Assembly (NCBI GenBank): GCA_965235115.1
Contig: OZ249444.1
Coordinates: forward strand, 10,354,001-10,418,000
Source: Laetmonice hystrix
Lineage: Eukaryota
Direction: 5' to 3'
DNA: 64,000 nucleotides
In this document: positions 53,549 to 64,000 of the stretch, in pieces
Layout: every line of letters begins with the position of its first letter
Numbering within the stretch: the first letter of the stretch is position 1
Translations under genes and position numbers: made by a program
The notes under the pieces: generated by a model
The model's input: only the letters and a program-made list of their open reading frames with translations
Told to the model about the DNA's origin: nothing
Database searches by the model: none

Positions 53549-56500
53549 ACAGTAGTGGCCACCGCTATATGTCAGCTCCCCTCGTATATATATCAGCCAC
53601 CACTATGTCAGTTGTAACGGAGGAGGAGCGTACATGTATGTACATGGAGGTACCATGTCCTGTTCGCTCACACCAGGCAGGAGGAGGAGGGGAGGAAGAA
53701 GCAGGAGGAGGGCAGGAGGAGGGGAGAGGAGGAGGAGGAGGAGGCCGGTGTTTGGCCGGTCCGACCAGCGGCACCTATGCATGTTTTGGTTCTATCCCAG
53801 TGCAGTTTGATCAATATGCCTACTCCGTTTATTTGGATTGGAATTTGGTCCCGCCGGCCCTGGGTCTCCACTAAAATAGGCCCAACATGAAGAAGGGTAA
53901 ACTAGAGGCAGCGCACCAAGGGGGTCCGGGTGCAGGGGTGTATGTATATATCCCAGGTCAAGGAACACCCTCCCTCCCCCCTTCACCCCCCCCCCCGCTT
54001 CCACCATTCTGGGGTGTTCCAGGAGGTATAGATCTAGACATATACCTGGTACATACGGCTCGTTCACAAAGAATACCAGCACCCAAAGTCTGAGTTTAGC
54101 TATCATTTGTCAAGTAGGTCTATTACCTTATTCCTGTTTACTAGGTAGCTAACTGGTAAAGTTAACGTGTCTGTGCGATGTTTTAAAACTCTACTCTTGT
54201 CATTGTTGACCTGGATGAAAAGTTCAATTCAGGATGAGCCATCGGAATGCTTGGTTCAAGGCACAGGTGTGAGGGAGTTGCCTTGGCCGACTGAGGGCTG
54301 GATTGTCAAAATGTTTTTGGTTTGATTTGTGTTTGTCATAGAAGGTTGAGATTCAATCCAGGCCAGTGGGGCCACTTCTATCCCTACCACTAAAACCACA
54401 GACGTGGCAAAATTCCAAGATAATTATCCGGTAAGATCGAGGAGGAATACCTGAAAATGAGGCAACCTCAAATCCCCTGCTACTGGGACATATAGTAACC
54501 CTTCCTGCCAGATTTCGCCTCATCTGTGCACCCCTCTGTTTCACCCTATATCTGCCCCCCTCCCTCCCAACGCCATGTCTCGTGCAGTCGTAGCCTAGTT
54601 TTTGCTTGTAATATCACACTCTGACTTTTTGCAAAATTTCCGGCTATTTGTTATGTTTTTCTCTCTTTTCACGAACGTATCAATTTATATTTTTATAAAC
54701 TTTCAGAGTATGAAGAAAATATAATATATCAAGGCACGTTTGGACCACTTTAAACTCAAACCTGCACAGGTGTGTGAAAGGTTTGTGTCAACTTCCCCTA
54801 CAGCTCAGACAGTCTGTGGAGGCCACGTCACTAGAGGAGGGGGGGGGGGGGTCCAAAATGGTGACCATCATCCACTTAATACCTGGATCAGACTGCCTAT
54901 TGTTGTGACTACCTCAACACCCTGCACTCACTACCATCTATACATACCTGTACACTCTAACATATGGTAGAAATATTCCAGGACTGCGACTTCATTGAAA
55001 AACTTCCCTCAGCCTAGCCTGATAAAAACTCCATGCAGACATGGAAGGTATGGCTACACTACCAGCACAAGACGGTTAGCAGGAGAAAAAAAGGCAACTT
55101 AAAAGAACTCTTTGTTGGTTTACCAGCAGTTTTTCTAAGTTGGGGACGATTGCCTGGAGGGGTAAAGTTTTTTTTACTGCTCAAATATATTCTTTTTAGG
55201 AAACTTTGGAGTAACAGTAAGGTCAGAGCACCTTAAGAGAGGAAAGAGATACTGAACTACGCAGCAATGGGCCCAAACGAAGCCCAAATATATCGTTGAA
55301 GAGGGGAAAAAACTCCCACTCACAATTTTTCATCAATTTTCCCCCCTTTTTCAAGACGCTCACGATTGTTAAGGTGGAGCGTTGGTACCGGTCTACTACT
55401 GCAGATATCTGATGCCTGCCTATGTAACATTTTATATTTCAATTATTCCATTATCACATTCTATAGATTGATTTCTAGTAGAATATTTAAGTTACTTGTA
55501 TTGAACCTGACGTCCAGGGCATAAACATTAAGTGCCGATTTCCATTTACCCGGTATATATGGGACACAATTCACCTACAATGAAGTCTTACAGATTCAGC
55601 CATGAAGTCATATAATTCCCCACTCCATAATCCAATGGTCTTACAACCTGATGCACTCGGACAAATTACACCTTTACAAATGCAACATTCTCATCCACAA
55701 ATGTGGCTGACATATATATTTTTATGTGAATGATACCACCAAATAGTCCCGTACGTCATTGTCACTGATACAATTCAATACAGTAAAACAGTTCAACTTG
55801 CTGAACAAGAGTGAAGGGTGGGAAGAAAATCTATTTTTCTTGACACTTATGTTTTTGTTAATAGTATATTGAAATATTAGCTGATGATACTATTTACACC
55901 TTAGTAAAATGGAAACAAGAATTCTGTATAGCAGGGGTGCCGATCCATTATACCCAGTATTTATGAACAGCAATACGAACTCTGCAGTGAATTGCAGCAA
56001 TTCAGCGCTGTCTGTCGCTTTCATAAACATTAAGTACATTCAGGTTTTGTTCATTTGATGACCTATCTCCTGACCCCAAACAAAGCGACTTCGTGCTGAG
56101 ATGGCAATGGCCAGCCCAATTACTGCAATCAACGCAGATTCCCTTTCTATATCCACGGAGGCCGAGTGCTCTCTGTACAGTGGACCATATAAATCATGAC
56201 CATAGAGGCCTTTTGAAGAGAAACTTGTTGATGCCATCACGGTAATTGTACCATAAGCTCTGGGCTGCTGGTCAGTCTTTTGTGGCCGAGATTGATTCAT
56301 TAAATATGAATGCTGCAAACACGCGAGCTGATGACATCCATATAACTGCAGCATGAGCAACGGACACAACATCACACTGCACGAATAACAGCAGACGACA
56401 TCACTTGCTCAGATATCAAATACACCCTGTCACATCTTTCCTGATCTATTGATTCCATCCAAACCTCCCCTTGATTCCTGTTAGAGGTATTCTGGGCTTT

Positions 56501-57337
56501 TAGAATGTCAGGCTATTTTTCCTTGAACGCTCAAGCAAAACCACCATTCCGGGGGTAGTTACAGTGCAGTGAATAAAACCAAAACATTTCAGTTAACTCT
56601 ATTATAATAAATGTAGAAAACGTAATTAAAATGTTAATACTTTCCCTTTTTTTATCAGTCCCCTGCATCATCATTTAACGGCCCCTCATTTGTTTCCTAA
56701 GATCCCCTCACAGTTACTAGGGAGATTACAGTTATGTAGATGACCTGTGACAGATCGGTTTGGTCAGCCCGACCTCAGTTTGACCTTGGCTGTGTCCACC
56801 ATTTTGAAGACACCCAGAAATCAATCATTATCTAGTTGTACCATCACCTTGTTATCAACCAGATAATGGCTCACCATGATTTGATAATGCTGGTTCAAAC
56901 TAAGACCTCTTTAATCAGGCCTTTCTGTACAGGATATTGCTGTGGGCTGACCTCCACTGGCACTACTACAAACCAGGCACCTCTTGTGGCGGGTTAACGA
57001 GCATGGTCACTGACCTCACGACCCCACGACCCCAGGCCATGGTCGGATCTAACAGAGTCCTCCCACAACTCGTGTTCACTGTTCTCCCTCAAGAAGGTTG
57101 CTTTTTTAAACCAAATAACACGGATATATATATAAAGGGAATGGTTCAACGTAGCAACTGAAGAAATGATCGTTTTATTTTATACATATACCGTCACGTT
57201 GTCAGCGCAGACTTATCTCAACACGACATCAAACAGTAAGTATATAACACTCAATGTTCAATATTAGGGGTCAGTACATTATAACTACATAAGGACGTGA
57301 TGGAATCTTGGCACAGGTGGCCCAGATCACCACTATC

Positions 57338-57616
57338 CAGGGTTTCCGCCAGAAAAAAAAATTAGGGTATGGACCAGAGGAGGGGTTAGGGTTAGGCTAA
57401 CTGCTGTTACAGATATGTGAATTAATGAAATAAAGACTGCGTACAACATTATATTTGATTCCTTCAAGTTACTCAAAGCATCATCACTGACATCAGGAGG
57501 TTTTTATCACTTCATGGAAAAATGGTTACCCAACGATTTTTTGGGTACGGATCCGTACCCTGGGAAAATTTTAGGGTACGGAATTTTACCCATTTTACCC
57601 TCTGGCGGAAACCCTG
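57338..57616. mobile_element. 279-bp MITE, CAGGG-ended (hAT-like)
   Basis: 16-bp perfect TIR CAGGGTTTCCGCCAGA / TCTGGCGGAAACCCTG, with repeated (A)GGGTA(C/T)GG subterminal motifs. The flanks CTATC / CTGTC match at 4 of 5 positions; there is no 8-bp TSD. Confidence 0.8.
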
Positions 57617-58093
57617 CTGTCAGAGAGGATGTCTAGATGTCTTTCGGTACTTTACCCCTACCCAGGGAACAGTTGCATGAACTTCCGTTCGTTAAATTGA
57701 CCATGGATTTTTAACGTGAATTTCCACCAACGGAAGATGATGCAATTGGCCCTGACACTGTAGCACTAAATGTTGTGTGCCGATCGTTCTGCCAACGTTT
57801 CCTCCCTCCGGATATTTTCAATGCTTGGCTGATCACGGTTCTTTTTAACATTGTGTGTGTGTTTTTTTTTCATATCCTTTGCTTTGCTGCCAGTTGTTGC
57901 CATTTCTAAAAAGTAAAAGAACTTATACAAAATACTAGATCCATCATCCTTTTGGCACAGTGTGGGAGCCCTTGGTCCCAGGCCACATGACACGTAAAAT
58001 CCTTCCAGCTTTGTGATTGAAATTAAAATGACGACTGAATAATGAGTTAAATATCTTTACACTGGTCATCAAGCTGGTATATATTTAACATTT

Positions 58094-59150
58094 CATGGCA
58101 CTGGTCGTAAAGTATGTCCTCCCCACACCAGACTACACATGTCCCTATGGCGCTGGTCGTATTACGTCCTCAACACACCAGACTACATATGGCCCCATGG
58201 CGGTAGTCGTATTATGTCCTCCCCACACCAGACTACAAATGTCCCTATGGCGCTGGTCGTATTATGTCCTCCCCACACCACACTACAAATGTCCCTATGG
58301 CGGTAGTCGTATTACGTCCTCCCCACACCAGACTACAAATGGCCCTATGGCGCTGGTCGTATTATGTCCTCCCCACACCAGACTACATATGTCCCTATGG
58401 CGGTAGTCGTATTATGTCCTCCCCACACCAGACTACAAATGGCCCTATGGCGCTGGTCGTATTATGTCCTCCCCACACCAGACTACAAATGGCCCTATGG
58501 CGCTGGTCGTATTATGTCCTCCCCACACCAGACTACAAATGGCCCTATGGCGCTGGTCGTATTATGTCCTCCCCACACCACACTACAAATGGCCCTATGG
58601 CGCTGGTCGTATTATGTCCTCCTCACACCAGACTACAAATGTCCCTATGGCGGTAGTCGTATTATGTCCTCCCCACACCAGACTACAAATGGCCCTATGG
58701 CGCTGGTCGTATTATGTCCTCCCCACACCAGACTACAAATGGCCCTATGGCGCTGGTCGTATTATGTCCTCCTCACACCAGACTACAAATGTCCCTATGG
58801 CGGTAGTCGTATTATGTCCTCCCCACACCAGACTACAAATGGCCCTATGGCGGTAGTCGTATTATGTCCTCCTCACACCAGACTACAAATGTCCCTATGG
58901 CGCTGGTCGTATTATGTCCTCCCCACACCAGACTACAAATGGCCCTATGGCGCTGGTCGTATTATGTCCTCCTCACACCAGACTACAAATGTCCCTATGG
59001 CGGTAGTCGTATTATGTCCTCCCCACACCAGACTACAAATGGCCCTATGGCGCTGGTCGTATTATGTCCTCCCCACACCAGACTACATATGGCCCTATGG
59101 CGCTGGTCGTATTATGTCCTCCCCACACCACACTACAAATGGCCCTATGG
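58094..59150. repeat. 50-bp minisatellite, about 21 copies
   Basis: Unit TATGGCGCTGGTCGTATTATGTCCTCCCCACACCAGACTACAAATGGCCC with variants CGCTGG/CGGTAG and GGCCC/GTCCC. Confidence 0.98.
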
Positions 59151-60342
59151 CCTACATCCCGTTTATATGTAGAGAGTACAAAATGATTCTGACTCCATTA
59201 TAAGTTCTCAACCATGCATCAATATCTTGTACACACCTAAGGTAGACCGTATACTTAAAGCAGCGCCTGACCAGCAAGTGTGGCCAACTGGCAGCCGTGC
59301 CAGGACCAATAGCTGGTGGCACTGTATGGACTGCACTGTAACATCTGTGTATTGTTCAGTGGTTGGGTCGTGATTATTTACAGGCTCCTGATCCTTGGCT
59401 GGAAACTTTAAATCCACCTAGAATCCCTAAGGAAATTACTTCTCAGACACTAATTCGAAATTGGGTTTGGGGTGAGGTTAGGACTTAACTTCTGCTGCAT
59501 TTTCATGAATTTGCTATTTTCTTTTAACACCATGAAGGTTCAAAGCGCCCTTTGAAATATTTGATTGTAATGAAAATATTAAACTTTGTGGCTTATCAAT
59601 TATTTCAATACCGTGGCACAGATGAACAAAATCTGTTATTGGCTCTCTGAATTTGAATAAACTACAGAATTCCGATGATTTAATTAAAGTGGGATAATTA
59701 AAGGGATTATCTTCCTCCCCACTTCACCAAACAACCTGAACACCGTTTCCCATCCGTTAATAAACCCCCCAACAACAGCTTCTCCCCCCACCCCCGCCCC
59801 CTAGCCGTGCCCCCATGTGTCTCGGCTGGACTCCTCATAATGATGTCATTCACCTGTTGATTGGTGGGGCTACCGCTCGCCAGGACCCGAGCTGGTCTCA
59901 GTTCGTTACCCCACCCCCTACCACGACCCCGCTAATTACCACCCAACAGTTCCCCTCCACCCCACTCCGCCGCCAAAAACCGTCCCGGATGCAGTAACTA
60001 TCTTGTACTCATACCCCCCCCCCCCCCCCCCCAGATTGTCCCTGTGAACATTTATCTTGCTGTGTCTACAGTCTACATCTCCATGTCGTCTGTGCTCAGG
60101 TGGACTGCCAAGTACCCCCCCCCCCTCCAACCCCACACATCCCCCCATTTCCCTCCTCTCTACATTGGTTTAAAATACCGCCCTGGCCGCCAGCCTAGCC
60201 ACCGATCAACAGCACTCCCCCCCCCCCCCTGGGCTCGTCATGACGGGGTTCAGAATGGGAGCAGTAAAAGTCTATGTGAGTCAGGTCCGGCTTGTTCTGA
60301 CAGCATATCACACAGGTTGGGACGTGCAGAGATTTACTATGA

Positions 60343-61411
60343 CCACCGGTAACCTAGCACCATCACCACCGGTAGGTAACACAATCTAGAGAATATCTGA
60401 TACTATCTGATGATCACCACTGGTCACCTAGCACCATCCCCACTGGTAACCTAACACCCTCTAACACCATCACCCCTGGTAACCTAACACCATCTATCAC
60501 CATCCCCACTGGTAACCTAAAACTATCCCCACTGGTAACCTAACACCATCTAGCGCCATCACCACTGGTAACCTAACACCATCTAACACCATCACCACTG
60601 GTAACCTAACACCATCACCACTGGTAACCTAACACCATCCCCACTGGTAACCTTACACCATCTAGCACCATCACCACTGGTAACCTAACACCATCACCAC
60701 TGGTAACCTAACACCATCCCCACTGGTAACCTTACACCATCTAGCACCATCCCCACTGGTAACCTAACACCCTCTAGCACCATCACCCCTGGTAACCTAA
60801 CACCATCTATCACCATCCCCACTGGTAACCTAAAACTATCCCCACTGGTAACCTAACACCATCTAGCGCTATCCCCACTGGTAACCTAACACCATCTAAC
60901 ACCATCACCACTGGTAACCTAACACCATCACCACTGGTAACCTAACACCATCACCACTGGTAACCTAACACCATCCCCACTGGTAACCTTACACCATCTA
61001 GCACCATCCCCACTGGTAACCTAACACCCTCTAGCACCATCACCCCTGGTAACCTAACACCATCCCCACTGGTAGCCTAGCACCATCCCCACTGGTAACC
61101 TAACACCATCTAGCACCATCCCCACTAGTAACCTAACACCCTCTAGCACCATCACCAATGGTAACCTAACACCATCCCCACTGGTAGCCTAACACCATCA
61201 CCACTGGTAACCTAACACCATATAGCACCATCACCACTGGTAACCTAACACCATCTAGCACCATCACCACTGGTAACCTAACACCATCTAGCACCATCCC
61301 CACTGGTAACCTAACACCATCTAGCACCATCACCACTGGTAACCTAACACCCTCTAGCACCATCACCACTGGTAACCTAACACCATCTAGCACCATGACC
61401 ACCTAGCACCA
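60343..61411. repeat. modular compound repeat built from 21-bp and 10-bp blocks
   Basis: Irregular concatenation of ACTGGTAACCTAACACCATC(A/C)CC and CT(A/G)GCACCAT-type modules; strongly C/A-rich on the plus strand. Confidence 0.93.
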
Positions 61412-64000
61412 TCTCAAGTTTGACCTGACCAGCGGTTAGACTGACAATGTCTTCCTATATCTATGGCTTATATCTAAATGGTAGGATATAGTTAAACCTA
61501 ATCATGAGAGACAGACAATAACGACGATGTGAACCGGCATGTAGTTTTGTCGCCTTACATAGCAATGTTGTATAAGTACTTTATGACAACAGCAAAGGAC
61601 AGTAGTGGCTTTATAATATTGGTAATTTGTACGAAACATAATCTCAATCTCTCCTCTCCAGGTAAACATCTGTGAAAAAAAAGAAGATATATTTACAAAT
61701 ACACCACCGCGCCACTTTTCTTCTGCCTAAATGATCTGACAGCTATACATGAGATTTATTATTGCGCGCAATCCAAGAACTTAAAACGTTTGCCAAGAAG
61801 TAACCTCTCAACTCTGTACGATGGGAATCTGATCGTGAACTGTCGGCCGGCCCAGCACGGTCTCGATGTCTGACCCCCCACCCCCGGGTAACAGCCTCCG
61901 GTCATCCACACCCAAACACACTTATCAATGTCCACCACCTACTGGCCCCAACTTATTATAAAATTATAAACACAACTGTTGCGCTGGCGGTCAGCTCATA
62001 TAAAAACGACGACGTTAAAGATCCTCGCGGGTCCTATATTGATTTTTACAAGAATATATGTGGCAATATTTTGGTAAGGCACATGGTGGCACACCAACAA
62101 GCTCATTTCTTGCTGTATGTCAGACAATAATCGATTTCACTCATGGTTGCTCTCACAGTACGGTCAAATGCCGTACTGATCACAGTACAAGGTTAACAGT
62201 TACAGTCTGAGACAGGTACCGGTAAATCGAGTTATACTCCAAACAATAAAATCTAAGGAGCTACCTTTTTTTACGTGCCTCCACATTCTATCTGAACTCG
62301 TTTTAACTGTGCCAAAAATGTTGGATAGAGTTCCCTGGTGGATTAGACTGGATGTAAACGCCTCGAAAGGTGATTTTTATCTTGATTTCTATCTGTGACG
62401 ACACGGAAAGTCCATAAGTTTGCAAGCCGGCCCTGTTACAATATCAGGCCCCTGAAGCGATGTACTTAAGCCGGAGAGTATAAAGATACGGATATGCCTG
62501 ACACGCCATTCCAACAATGATCGTTATCGTGAGCGCCGAATAATGAGTTTGGATTTAATTTTTGAGTGAGCTTGGCAGCTCCATGTCCGTCTGTCTTGAT
62601 TTATGGTTTATGTACTTCAATTATACTGATTATACAATTGGCGCGACTAGCAGGTCCTTTGACTTGGGTCCTCTGATGACATGATACTGTCGGAGTTCCT
62701 ATGATGACTGCTGGCTCCCGCAGACATAATTGTAAAAAAACATGGAGAGAATCTAAGGTGAACCGGAAAGTTTACAGAACCAGGCATTGTCTATCTCTGC
62801 AGCCTCTCTAGGCTCGCATTGTGACTGTCTGCCTTGCATTGTGACTGTGCATTGAATGCTAAGATGCTTGATCAAAAATATAAATTACACTTCAAAATCA
62901 TCTCATTGAACGCACTTCTGTATTTTTCCCTGTCTATTGTGTCCTGCCACTTTATATAACAGTCCTCTTTCAATTTTTAAAACTGCATGAAACGTTAAGA
63001 TTCATGCCCGACGATATATATCAAACCCGCATTGTTACAATATTCCTGGGCGTATAATTCGCACCTGTTTCAGTATGACTGAGTCAACCATCCCCATTCA
63101 TCTATTGATAGTGATCGCTTTCACACAATTGGCCAAACGTCCCGTCACTCAAGAGTCATGCAGGTCGTCTGAAATACTCCCCTATTTAAACTGTCAGGTA
63201 TTCACTCCATTCTGACGCCTCGTATGACGTAATCAGCCCAGTATAACGAGGCTAGTTACGTCACACGTATAGCCTCGTACCGGTACCATCTGGTTTTAGA
63301 GCCTCATCATCTAGCTAAACCATGCCGTAATGAGGCGTCCACGGGTCTTCTACATGCCACGCCTTGCCACCCCCACTCATCCCATCATTGGTCATCAGTC
63401 ATTCGGATACCAAATAACTTTCAATTGTTCTTCCATCCACTGTTTACTCTATTGCTCGGCCATTTAAACTCTCTTTTTGCGACTTTTTCTTGGGGTCAAT
63501 GACCACGATATGTTCGCTATATAAGATAGATCTTCCCCAGTCAAGTTTTTGTAGCTGGAAGACGTCACAATCAGGAGTGACAGCGACTTCATGGCAGGCA
63601 GGGTTTGCCGCCCTAGGGTACGGTAAGTACATGTGGTTTATGGACTGGGAGTCGGGTATAGGCTGGCCGTGGAATGTTGACTTACGGCACTATTGGCACG
63701 CTGGGTATGGGTTCACCATACGACCCTGTAGATCTCAAGGGGCACAGTAAAGCTAAGACCGCCTTAATTACCCAACGTTTATGTTTATATTGCGAGTCGT
63801 GGAATGGAAACACCCAAAGGAAGAACCCAAAGCATGTCCTGGATAAGTTACTGGTGCAAGGGATCACTGAACGAGTTGTCCGAGGGCCACAAAGAGTTTT
63901 ATCTCACTAGACCGTGGGAACGGTTGCCGTGGTTAAATCACGGCATTAAGTCATGTTTTTATGTAATACATCATTTTCTGACATTTTGACGGGCAAGTAA

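Noticed and set aside
57383-57397. GGGGTTAGGGTTAGG as an interstitial telomere
   Set aside because: Only about 2 units, and they lie inside a MITE.
1-61411. Regularly spaced direct repeats as CRISPR arrays
   Set aside because: Units are head-to-tail with no unique spacers, there are no cas genes, and the context is a spliceosomal animal gene.

Overview
Animal (probably invertebrate) genomic DNA; no prokaryotic-type genes, operons or CRISPR. The only coding sequence I can support is one 290-bp spliceosomal exon on the minus strand (6522-6811) encoding 96 residues of a glypican, most similar to the GPC3/GPC5 (Dally-like) subfamily. I recognised no other glypican exon, so the rest of the window appears to be intron: at least 6.5 kb downstream and about 57 kb upstream of the exon in transcript orientation. 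This intron contains at least 9 unrelated minisatellite arrays (units about 35-87 bp, roughly 12 kb in total) and several non-autonomous DNA transposons: a 1.44-kb CAGGG-ended element with a 6-bp target duplication, a 279-bp MITE, a Helentron/HINE-like element and 2-3 related fold-back MITEs. It also holds a probable degenerate SINE and a 132-N assembly gap. Most ORFs in the supplied track are repeat-derived or chance. I did not find a convincing new biological system; the findings are transposon, repeat and gene-structure observations. Comparisons with known proteins and repeat families are from memory, not from database searches.
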